Assembly: GCA_963808625.1 (NCBI GenBank)
Contig: CAWEHK010000021.1
Coordinates: forward strand, 1-64,000
DNA from: an uncultured delta proteobacterium
GTDB taxonomy: Bacteria > Desulfobacterota > Syntrophobacteria > Syntrophobacterales > Syntrophobacteraceae
Direction: 5' to 3'
Length of the DNA: 64,000 bases
Part shown: piece after piece, positions 21,154-31,094 of the stretch
Numbering within the stretch: position 1 is the stretch's first letter
Layout of the letters: each line of letters opens with the position of its first letter
Notes under the pieces: model-generated
Database searches by the model: none
Told to the model about the DNA's origin: nothing
Seen by the model: only the letters and a program-made list of their open reading frames with translations
Made by a program: the position numbers and the translations under genes

Positions 21154-22485
21154 CACACCCGATGATCTGTTGCGTGAGATTCTCGCGGGCGAAGATTCCT
21201 TCCTTGACTGGAAAGAAGTATTCGTGAAGGGGGGAGGATTCGTTTCGCGGGGAAGACGGCTCACGCTGATGAAAAGCCCGCCATGGAACTGGCCAAGGAC
21301 CTGACCTGCTTCGCCAACACCGAAGGTGGAGTAATCGTCTTCGGTGTGCGGAAAGACAGAGAGCGTGTCGGCATTCCTGAGGATCAGATGGAAGCGCTTC
21401 AGAGAGAGATCGTGAATGTGGCCCAGAACAATATCGAACCATCACTCGGCCACCTGTTGGTATTTGACAGGGTTTTCATCCCGGACTCAGCAGGAGTTCT
21501 TCGGCTGTGCCTGAAGCTTGAGATCAAGAAGGCACTCTACAGTGTCCATGCACCGCGAGGGAGGATGCCTTACTGGCGTATTGCCGACCATTGTCATGAA
21601 ATGACCTTGGAGCAGCAAGCCAGAATGTTCGAACGCCGCGGGATGATGCTCCCTTTTGAGGAACGGCCTGTTTTTGGGGCCACGCTCCGGGATCTCAACA
21701 CACCCGGTTTCCTGGCCTATTATGAAATGCGCTACGGGGGTCCCTTCGATCCCACAGCGATCCCTCTGGAAAGACTCCTGCAAAACCTCAAGCTTGCTGC
21801 ACAGGACGAAACAGGGGCATTGCATCCCACCGGACTGGGTTTGTTGCTTTTGTCCTCACGTCCGGACCAATGGCTTACCGGGGCTTTTGTGGATCTGGTC
21901 GTATATAGCGGCATGGTTCCTGATGCTGACAGCCAGAAGGATGCCAAGAGCATCCACTGGCCAATTGTTGAGCAAATTGAACGGACCATGGACTACTTGC
22001 GCCTCTCACCCTACCTTCCAACCGCAGCCGAGAAGAACCATCAGGGCCGACTGGAGCATCCCGCCTATTCCCTCCGTGCTTTACAGGAAGCTGTGGTGAA
22101 TGCTCTTGTTCACCGTGACTACAGTACCCTTGGTTCACAGGTGCGGATGTTTATCTTTCCAGATCGGATTGAGATCTCAAATCCCGGCAGACTCCATAAC
22201 ACCCTGCAACCTGCAGACCTCTTTGCAGGGTGCCAACCGGTGCGTCGCAACCAGATGCTGGCAGGATTCCTGAGAGAATATGTCAGCCCGATTACTCATC
22301 GTTCGTATATGGAAGGACGCGGTGAAGGTTTTCTCACCATGGTCCGTGAGTGCGAGCGCATTTCGGGAAAACGGCCGGATTTGGAGATCATTGGTGATAG
22401 CGTTCGATTGACCATTTGGGGTGCTTTCAATTCTTCAAATGAATCCCTGGATACGATTGTGACGGATTATGTCAACCAAGGATAG
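21146..22485 (+). CDS. AlbA_2/Schlafen domain + HATPase-like (RecG-C) protein, frameshifted near 21235
   Basis: GEDSFLDWKE..LAKDLTCFANTEGGVIVFGV; ALQEAVVNALVHRDYS, DRIEISNPG. Confidence 0.85.
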
Positions 22486-24968
22486 CTTTCAGGATTGGCT
22501 CTTAGAGCAAATTGAATTGGTGCTGGGCAGCAAGACGGTGGCGCCACCGTTGCTCGTCTGGTGTGACCCTAATCGGGAATGGCTTGAGCTCCTGCGTAAA
22601 GCAGCAGCCTGTGGTGGGTTCGAATTATGGGCACCTCCGTCTGAGCATGAGCTGATCGTTAGGACTCGTTTTTATGACTCGGAGAGCGCACCTCGGGTAG
22701 TCTGGCTGCCATGTGCCCGTGACGAAATCACCTGGTTCAAAGTGTTTGAGCTGGAAGCTGAAGCTGTTTGGGAGAGAAGTCTTCTTGAGGCGCTACGGGA
22801 ATATGGTGTTCGTATTCCGCGCGAATACGAACACGACTTGATCTCCCTTCTTCCAAGCCATGCATGTAAGTGGTTCGAAGAACCGCTCAACACATGGAAA
22901 GATCTGACTCCTGGCTCTGCTAAAGGGGTTCTCATCGATGACCATCGAATGCTCGAAGTGTTGGCAGGAGAGAAAGGCGAGTTTGAACAACTCGAGACGA
23001 GAGGAACGGTTCGGCGTTTTTATACGTCGTGCGGTAGAGGATTTCGGGCTCCCCGATCCCACGGGCATGGCGGAAGATAGCTGGCGTGTGGCAGCCACGG
23101 CAAGATTGCTCGCAACCGAGGCAGCCCACTGCTGTCCTCAAAACCCTCCCCGAGAGGGCGAGAGCATTATTCCAAGAGGTCTCCCTCGCGAAAACGCGCT
23201 GAAACATCTTAAGATGTGGCAAAACCATATCCGGTTCATACCATCATTCGAGAGGCTGGTGGAGGCGGCGGACAAGACGCTAGGCCTGCCCTACTGGGCA
23301 AGGAATCAGGATACTCCGCCACGCTCAAAGAGCTCACGGGCCGTGGAAGAGACATTGTTCACTCAGATGGCCGAGCGTTTTGACCGGATTGAGGAGATCG
23401 ATCTGCTGACCAGGGAACTGGAACAGCATATTCAGGATTTCCAGGATCGGTCAGTCAGTTTCTGGGGGCGGGTTGCCACTCACCGAATCGGATGGCGCCA
23501 CCTTGAGCAACTCGCCGAAGCAGCCAGTCTGCTCGTTGAAAATGCCGGTATCGAACAAACCTTTAAGACGGCTAAAGATGCAATCACCTGGTACGTCCAT
23601 AGCGGCTGGATGCTCGACCAGGCTGGCGAGCTCCTTTTCATTGAATCCCCAGAGTTGCCAACGCAGCTCCATCGCGTCCGTGCCAGGCTACGCCGAGGTT
23701 ACCTGCGCAGAGTCGATCAGGTGGGTCGTACTTTCTCCGAGCTGTTGATAAAGGGCGGCGAGGAGGTTTTATCGCTTCCATCAGCAGGCGAAGCGGTCAT
23801 CGGTGAGATCGAGCGCAGCAAGACGCCGACTGCTCTGGTTTTCCTCGATGCGTGTAGCCTGCAGTTCGGACACAGGCTGGCGGCAATCATCAACAAAGGC
23901 GAACCAGCGGAGCGGGCGACGATCAGGACGGCCATTGCGCCAATCCCCAGCATTACAGCTCTTGGGATGGCTTTCGCCCTGCCTGTGGAGCGAAGGCAGC
24001 TCCATGTTGTATTTTCAGAAGAAGAAGGCGATTTCGGGTTAACAGCTAACGGCTTTGATGGCAACCTGAGACTGGCCAAGGAGAGGCGCAGGTGGCTGAG
24101 CGCTTATTTTGATGTTAAGGACTTCCTGACCATTGCTGATGTACTTGACAGTGAGAAACTCAAACCCGCAGGGAAGGCGCGGCGTCTGATTATCATAGAG
24201 GGTGATGAGTTCGACAAAGAGGGGCACGAAGGGCAGCTCGAGCTCACAGGGGCTGATGAGCATCTGGAACGTTACGGACAGGCGTTTCGTAAGCTCAAGG
24301 CAGCAGGTTACAACCGCATCATCGTTGTCACGGATCATGGTTTTTTTCACTGGCAGCCGGATGCGGACGAAGTTGAAGACGCAAAGCCCGACGGGGAAGT
24401 GCTCTGGAGCTCTCGGCGTGCAGTTATCGGCCGAAACCTTAAACACATGAGCGCGATCCACCTGCCGGTTCCATGCTCCGGTCTGGAAGCCATGGTTCCT
24501 CGCAGCATAAACGCCTTCAGGACCTACGGCGGTCTTGGCTATTTTCACGGTGGCGCGACACTGCAGGAACTGATCATCCCAGTCCTGGTAGCTCATTGGC
24601 CGGCAAAGGCTGCCAAGATTCATGTCGTATTGAAACCTGTCGGACATATTACCAGTGAAATGCCTCGCATTCAGGTCGAAGCGGGAACTCAAGGGCAACT
24701 TACTGTTTATCCTGACGGGTCCAAGCTGGCCCGCAGGGTTGCTGTAAAGGTCCGGGAGCCGTCTTCAGGAAAGCTTGTATTTCGTCATGCAGTCGCCATC
24801 ATAGTTGAGCCCGGCGGCAAGACCGCAACGGTCCAGCTACAGCTCGTGGAACCAAGACCAGGTCTTGCTTACGGTACTAAACTTATGGTGGAAGTTCTCG
24901 ATGCAGATGATGAGGAGCTCCTCGCCCGTGAGGAAATCATACTGAAGGTAGATATCGATGAATGGTAG
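22469..24968 (+). CDS. pglZ: BREX PglZ phosphatase-family protein, frameshifted near 22995
   Basis: VWCDP N-terminus; VFLDAC, PSITALGM, VVTDHGF, YFHGGATLQE. Confidence 0.9.
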
Positions 24969-27057
24969 TCTCAACGGACAGTGTGAGGCAAATGCACAGA
25001 TCGATTCACTCGATGAAAAACTGATAGCCAGCTTTCCAGGACGTGTGGTCCGTAAAGATCTCGTGCAGAAGCTCAAAGTCGGTTTCAGCATTCCTGTATT
25101 CGTTCTGGAATACCTGCTTGGCAAATACTGCTCATCCACGGATGACGAGGAAATCGCCAATGGGTTGATTCGCGTCAAGGAGGAAATTGCGGAACGGGTT
25201 GTTCGAGCCGACCAGGGTGAGCTCATCAAAGCCAGGCTGCAGCGAACCGGGTCGATGAAGCTCATCGATCTCGTCACGGTCATCTTCGACGAAAAGGACC
25301 AGGGGGGGAAGTATTGGGCCCGGCTTGCCACATCCGGATTGGAGCGGGTTCACATTGATGAGTCCCTGGTTCACAAGTATGAGCGGGTACTCACTGGAGG
25401 CGTGTGGGCCAACGCCCAAATCACCTATGATGAATCTCTAGTCCACGGAGGGGTAACCCGTCCGTTCGTTCTCAGCCGGATGCAGCCCATTCAGATTGCA
25501 AGCGCTCGGATTGAGGAGTTCATCGAAGGCAGACAGTCATTCACGAGAGAAGAATGGGTTGATGTTCTTCTGCGTACAGTCGGATATGAGCCCACCCACC
25601 CCGATTTTACCTGGCGCGGTAAGCTAATTTGCTTGCTGCGTCTGGTTTCCATGGTCGAGAAGAATTACAACCTGATAGAGCTTGGCCCCAGAGAAACAGG
25701 AAAATCTTTCGTTTTTCGTGAAATGTCCCCATACGTCATGCTCCTATCGGGAGGACAGGGCTCCGTTGCCGATCTATTCGGATGGAAGAACAGAAAAGAT
25801 AAGCCAGGGCTCGTTGTCCGTTACGACGTTGTCGCTTTTGACGAGGTGGCGGGTTCCCATTTTAAGAGTGAAGCCGACAAACAGATGTACAAGGGCTATA
25901 TGGAACAGGGGTCTTTCTCTCGGGGCGATGATAAAGGAACGATTTCCGCGGAAGCGGGAATTGTGTTCAATGGAAATATCGATGCCGATATTGCATCGAT
26001 TGCTCGAACATCGCATTTGTTTGCACCACTCCCGGACACGGTTAGAAACGACACGGCATTTCATGACCGTTGGCACGCCTATTTGCCTGGCTGGGAAATG
26101 CCCAAGCTCAAACCGGAGCACTTTACAAAACATCTTGGCTTCATAGCAGACTACATTGCGGAGATTTTCCACAATGGCTTGCGTCCAATGAATTACACGG
26201 ATGCTTATGATAGATATTTTGCATTCGGCAACCATGTGGGACAACGAGATCGTAAGGCTGCCGTGCGAACCATCTCTGGGCTAATGAAGCTCATCCATCC
26301 GGACGGCCAATGCTCGAAGGATGAAATGGCGCAATATGTCTCGTTCGCACTCGAAGTGCGCCGCCGTGTGAAGGAGCAGCTCAAACGCATCAATCCTATC
26401 GAGTTCTCACGAGTTAATCTCTCCTTTATTGACAAGGAAAGCGGGGACGAGTATCTGGCTGAGTGCACTGAACTGGGCGTCACAAAGCTGATCCCCGAAG
26501 GTCCTCTTCCTCCTGGAGATGTATTCGGGATCGGTTATGACCTCACCGGAGATCGCATGGCTCTTTTTCGAATTCAGGTCGCGGCCATGCCTGGATCGGG
26601 CAAGTTTCAGGTTATTGGGACGACCTCAAAAGCCATTAAGGAGAGTGCCCGGATGGCGTTTGACTATCTGCGTGGCAATGCGAGACGGATCGGCTTGGAA
26701 CGGGACTTTAGCAGCTACGACTTCAACATTCAGGTGATGAGCCCCATGCAGGGCAAAGATACAGAAGACCTTGGAGTCGCATTTTTTGTTGCCGTGCTTT
26801 CTGCAATGGTGGGCAAAAACATTGCACCGAGCTTTGTCGTGCTTGGGCAGATGTCAATCCATGGTGTTCTGGGACGTGTTGAGCGTCTTGGTGATCGCAT
26901 TCGAGTCGCTATGGATTCGGGTGCAAAGCAGGTTATGATTCCAACAGTAAATGCTCCCGATCTCGGTAGCATCCCCTCTGAACTCCTCGATAAAATCCGA
27001 ATTGAGTTCTTCTCCGAGCCAATGCAGGCAGCATATAAAGCTCTTGAGGAAGCTTAG
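24958..27057 (+). CDS. brxL: BREX BrxL (AAA+ plus Lon-like domain)
   Basis: FPGRVVRKDL, IPVFVLEYLLGKYC, NLIELGPRETGKS, VAFDEVA, AFHDRWHAYLPGWE, ALEVRRRVKEQL. Confidence 0.93.
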   Translation: MNGSLNGQCEANAQIDSLDEKLIASFPGRVVRKDLVQKLKVGFSIPVFVLEYLLGKYCSSTDDEEIANGLIRVKEEIAERVVRADQGELIKARLQRTGSMKLIDLVTVIFDEKDQGGKYWARLATSGLERVHIDESLVHKYERVLTGGVWANAQITYDESLVHGGVTRPFVLSRMQPIQIASARIEEFIEGRQSFTREEWVDVLLRTVGYEPTHPDFTWRGKLICLLRLVSMVEKNYNLIELGPRETGKSFVFREMSPYVMLLSGGQGSVADLFGWKNRKDKPGLVVRYDVVAFDEVAGSHFKSEADKQMYKGYMEQGSFSRGDDKGTISAEAGIVFNGNIDADIASIARTSHLFAPLPDTVRNDTAFHDRWHAYLPGWEMPKLKPEHFTKHLGFIADYIAEIFHNGLRPMNYTDAYDRYFAFGNHVGQRDRKAAVRTISGLMKLIHPDGQCSKDEMAQYVSFALEVRRRVKEQLKRINPIEFSRVNLSFIDKESGDEYLAECTELGVTKLIPEGPLPPGDVFGIGYDLTGDRMALFRIQVAAMPGSGKFQVIGTTSKAIKESARMAFDYLRGNARRIGLERDFSSYDFNIQVMSPMQGKDTEDLGVAFFVAVLSAMVGKNIAPSFVVLGQMSIHGVLGRVERLGDRIRVAMDSGAKQVMIPTVNAPDLGSIPSELLDKIRIEFFSEPMQAAYKALEEA

Positions 27058-27156
27058 ACTTGCTGAGCAGCATTTCGACTGAAGATAAAACACCAAGTTG
27101 GGTATCATGTTGGGTATCTCGGAGACCTCTTGGAGCGGTCACTTTGCAACACCATT

Positions 27157-27699
27157 CTAACTGCCTGAGGCGGGTATCCTCACCTCAACCCAGTGTTCCT
27201 TGTGGTCGTCAACAAGCGGGATGGTCTTATCGGGTTGCTCGATGCCGTCCACGGTTACGCGCATCGCACCATCGCCGGCAGGCGTTTGCAGGACTGCGAT
27301 ATGGTAGACCGTCTCCCGATAGCGGTAGTGCATCGTGAACCCCTTCCAAGCCGCAGGGAGGCACGGCCTGAAACGCAGTTTATCCACCTCGAGTCTCAGC
27401 CCCAGGAGGGATTCCACGATCAGCCGGTACATCCAGCCGGCCGAGCCCGTGTACCACGTCCAGCCGCCGCGGCCGGTATGCGGCGGTACCGCATAGACGT
27501 CGGCGGAAGCGACGTAGGGTTCCACTTTGTAGGTAGCGGTCTCCTCGGTTGATCGGGCATGGTTCACCGGGTTGATCATGGTAAAGAGCTCCCACGCCCG
27601 CCGGTTGTCCCCCAGGCGAGCGAAGGCCATGGCCGCCCAGATGGCCGCATGCGTGTACTGCCCGCCGTTTTCTCTAACTCCCGGGACGTACCCTTTGAT
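27157..27699 (-). pseudogene. Second, shorter 3' remnant of the GH94/NdvB gene
   Basis: Close but non-identical copy of ~4818-5341; cut at KGYVPG, where IS-like sequence begins. Confidence 0.9.
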
Positions 27700-28490
27700 A
27701 TGAGAACTCTCGGAATTGAAATCCGAGAGCCCATTGGTTGTTGAAGGCGGTTCGGGTTGGTGTGGCGGGGGTGTTTTGCGGTGGTTTGGGGGGGCATTGG
27801 GTGGGGATAGACGGTCGGAGGTCGGTCAAAACGGGTGATCCTGGGTCGAGTTGCGGGGCATTCCGGAAACAAGGGGAACAGCTCGGGTGTTCGGTCCGAA
27901 AGGGGCTTTCGGCCGGGCGAAGGTTATTTTGATTCAGTTTGGCAGCAGCAATCCTACATTTTGACTCCTATCGTTATCCGCTGTTGAAGAATTCCTCGCG
28001 GTAAATGATGCCGATCATGCTCAGGGTCTGGGCCAGGAGCTTCTTCCTGGAGGACCGTTTCACGGCTTCCAGATTGCGCACCACGGCATGTTCGACGATG
28101 TTCGCCAGAGTCAGGCGAATCAGTCCATAGCTGGCGTTTCGGCATGATCGATCCAGTTTGCAGGTGTCATTGAGGGCGTTGCAGCGCTCGGTGGCGCTGC
28201 GCTCTTTGTAGAGCTCTTTAAAGCGCTGACTGTCGCGAGGGATGGGGGGATAGAGTCGCGGGTCGGTATCGGATTTGATGTAGACCAGAGGGGCGAGAAC
28301 GCTTTCGGGTGCACAGTCCTTCTGTTGCGGGCAATCCTCGAGGTGCATGACATAAACTGATTTGCCGTCGCGATGGGTATTGCGTTTTGCCGGGCAGCCA
28401 TAGACATGAGTGTGGCGGCTTTCCTGGTACTGATGGTGGCGCATGCGCATTCCTTGCGGACAGAGGGGAACGCCGTCGCTGTGAACTTAG
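27700..28490 (-). mobile_element. IS remnant: C-terminal DDE transposase fragment plus downstream end
   Basis: ORF 27974-28450 with Cys-rich segment, DPRLYPPIPRDSQRFKELYKERSATERCN (YxxRxxxERxN signature); abuts the truncated GH94 copy. Confidence 0.7.
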
Positions 28491-28507
28491 CGCCCTTCGG
28501 GCGAACT

Positions 28508-28582
28508 TTCTTTGACAGGATTTACAGGATTTGCAGGATTAAGGACTCGCTTCCTGATAATCCTGTTAATCCTGTCGAAAAA
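28508..28582. repeat. Intergenic inverted repeat (REP-like)
   Basis: tttgacaggatttacaggatttgcaggatt ... aatcctgttaatcctgtcgaaa. Confidence 0.7.
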
Positions 28583-28863
28583 TGGAAATTCCTATACGGT
28601 CAAGTTTTACGCCTCTTTCGCGGCGGACTTCGCTTTATTAATGGCGGGGGGCAATCCCCCAGTTGCTTTCCGGGCTGGACCGTGACCGTATCTCATATTT
28701 CCGGGAGAACCCCGTTTTGAGGAGATTGCGATTCAATTCATTGTCATCTGTTACAATTGATGAATTCGTCGGAATGGATGTGTCGAGACGATAAGACGAA
28801 ACAAAAAGGCCGCCAACAGGCCTTTGGAATCTCCAGAAGGCTTGAAGCTCTGCGGAGGAACAA

Positions 28864-29088
28864 ATGACCGTTAACTGGAAAGATCACATCGTGAGCACGC
28901 CTGATGTGCTGAAAGGCAAACCGCGCATCAAAGGGACAAGGATTCCCGTGAGCCTGGTGCTTGGTTACCTGGCAGCAGGCATTCCCCTTGAAGTGATTCT
29001 CAGAGAGTTTCCCGATCTGAGGGCCGAACAGATCATGGCCTGCCTGGATGATGCGCGTGACCCGGCAGAATTCGAAGTGGCGGTCTGA
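28864..29088 (+). CDS. DUF433 antitoxin-like protein
   Basis: IVSTPDVLKGKPRIKGTRIPV..ILREFPDL..IMACL. Confidence 0.9.
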   Translation: MTVNWKDHIVSTPDVLKGKPRIKGTRIPVSLVLGYLAAGIPLEVILREFPDLRAEQIMACLDDARDPAEFEVAV

Positions 29089-29285
29089 TGCGACTGAGAT
29101 TCTTTGCCGACCACTGTGTTTCCGGTTCCGTGATTCGTGCTTTGGGTGATGCGGGTCATGAAATCCCAAGGCTTAAAGATCACATCCCTCAAGATTCAAC
29201 TGATATGGCAGTGATTTGCAAAGCCCGCGACCTGGATGCCATTCTGGTCTCGTTAAACGGTGACTTTGCGGATATCGTGATATAG
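29088..29285 (+). pseudogene. DUF5615 PIN-like toxin, truncated
   Basis: MRLRFFADHCV..L..AGHE..D..I..A....ILVSLNGDFAD; stops at 65 aa. Confidence 0.75.
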
Positions 29286-29322
29286 GAAGAAGAAGCTCAA
29301 CAATAGCGAAAGACGGGTTGGA

Positions 29323-30873
29323 ATGCTCGGTGTGAAGACGAAGCGGTACGGAAGCGGAAACCATTTTAAACGCATCTACCTGGTTGCCCCCAGGCACCCG
29401 GGTAATTTCTGGTCCATGCAGGGGACGGTCGAACTCCTGGGAGCCAAAACCCTCATGCCCAACGCCGCCCTGGCCACCCTTATGGCCCTGACCACGCCTG
29501 GCATCGACGTGGAGTATGTCCTGTGTGATGAGAACGTCTCCTCGCTGGACTGGAACATGCCCTGTGATCTCGTCGCCGTGACGGGCGCCACCCTGCATGC
29601 AGAAAGAATCCAGGAGATCTGCAAAGGATTCCGCAAGCGGGGGGTTCAGGTCGCCCTCGGCGGCACCTACGCCAGCATCAACCACGACCAATGCGGCCAT
29701 CTTGCGGACTATCATTTCATCGGCGAGGCCGAATACACCTGGCCGGTGTTTCTCGAGGAGTGGATCAGTGGCAGGGCAAAACCCGTTTATCACCAGCAGA
29801 CTTATATCAATTTAACAGACAGCCCGGCGCCGGACTGGTCCCTCATTGACACCGACGATTACCTTAACATCAATGTTCAGACCAGCCGCGGCTGCCCTCA
29901 CAATTGCGAGTTCTGCGACGTGATCCAGTACGTCGGCAGAAAACCGCGGACCAAATCCGTCGATCAGGTCATGGCGGAAGTGCGGCAGGCCCATGCCATC
30001 GGAGCCCGCACCGTCTTTTTCTCCGACGACAATTTCCTGGCTGATAAGGCCTTCACGGAAACGTTACTGGCCGCCATCATCGCCTGGAATACCGCCCAGT
30101 CCCGCCCCCTTTCCTTTTCCACCCAGATCACCGTGGAGATCGCCGACGACGACAACCTGCTCCGGATGTGCGCCGACGCCCGTTTCTCCGTGCTCTTTCT
30201 CGGCGTGGAGACGATTCGCCGGGAAAGCCTCGAGGAAGTGAAGAAATTCCACAATCTCAAACATGACATCTTCGAGCGCATCAACCGGATCTCCCGCTAC
30301 GGCATCATGCCCTTCCTCGGCATGATCGTCGGATTTGACCATGACGATGAAAGGACCTTTGGCGAACTCGATGATTTTTTCACCCGGACCCAAAGCCCGA
30401 TTGTTGGCATCAGCCTTCTGAACGCACCCCGGCATACGCCGCTCTATCAAAAACTCGAGAAAGAGAATCGTCTTCTCGGCGGGGATTTTTCCGGAGAATG
30501 GCAGCTTTATACGAACATTATCCCGAAACAGATGAGCCGTGAAGAGCTTCTAACCGGATACTGCCTCCTCTTCAAAAAGCTGTACGATCCAGTAGGATTC
30601 TACGAAAGGTTGGTGGGCTGGCTGCGGCAGGTGGCGTACTTCAGTCCGCTGTATGTCACCAAGAAATTTGACCCGAAGCAGTTTTTCCACGGCATCCGGA
30701 TGATCTCCTTTTTCCTGGTCCTGGCGACGCCGTCGGTGCGGGCCCTGTTCGTCAAAAGCCTGGTCGAAACATGGAAGATCAATCCGAAGCTCATGCGGCG
30801 GGCCTTCACCTTTCTGGCCCAGTATCATCACTTCCATGAATTCGTGAAAGAAAAGCTACCCAGCCGAATGTGA
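29323..30873 (+). CDS. B12-binding radical SAM protein
   Basis: LGGTYAS..GEAE; QTSRGCPHNCEFC; FSDDNF; GMIVGFDHD. Confidence 0.9.
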   Translation: MLGVKTKRYGSGNHFKRIYLVAPRHPGNFWSMQGTVELLGAKTLMPNAALATLMALTTPGIDVEYVLCDENVSSLDWNMPCDLVAVTGATLHAERIQEICKGFRKRGVQVALGGTYASINHDQCGHLADYHFIGEAEYTWPVFLEEWISGRAKPVYHQQTYINLTDSPAPDWSLIDTDDYLNINVQTSRGCPHNCEFCDVIQYVGRKPRTKSVDQVMAEVRQAHAIGARTVFFSDDNFLADKAFTETLLAAIIAWNTAQSRPLSFSTQITVEIADDDNLLRMCADARFSVLFLGVETIRRESLEEVKKFHNLKHDIFERINRISRYGIMPFLGMIVGFDHDDERTFGELDDFFTRTQSPIVGISLLNAPRHTPLYQKLEKENRLLGGDFSGEWQLYTNIIPKQMSREELLTGYCLLFKKLYDPVGFYERLVGWLRQVAYFSPLYVTKKFDPKQFFHGIRMISFFLVLATPSVRALFVKSLVETWKINPKLMRRAFTFLAQYHHFHEFVKEKLPSRM

Positions 30874-30942
30874 ATCATGGATTCTAAGGAAACTGTCTGA
30901 AGGCCTTGCAGGTCGATCCAGTGAATTCCGAACGATATGACC

Positions 30943-30971
30943 TTGACACCCGGGAGACATCTAGTTATTAA
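30943..30971 (+). promoter_or_regulatory. sigma70-type promoter upstream of the KS gene
   Basis: TTGACA (30943-30948), 17-bp spacer, TATTAA (30966-30971). Confidence 0.6.
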
Positions 30972-31094
30972 AAAGACCTTTTGCCGCCGAGGCGCAAAGC
31001 ACCACCTGATCTTAAGATGAATTTACCTGTTCTATCTGAAAGTGTCGTGACCGTGAATCGGTTATCGGCGCGGACCAATTTCGGCCGGAGGCTT

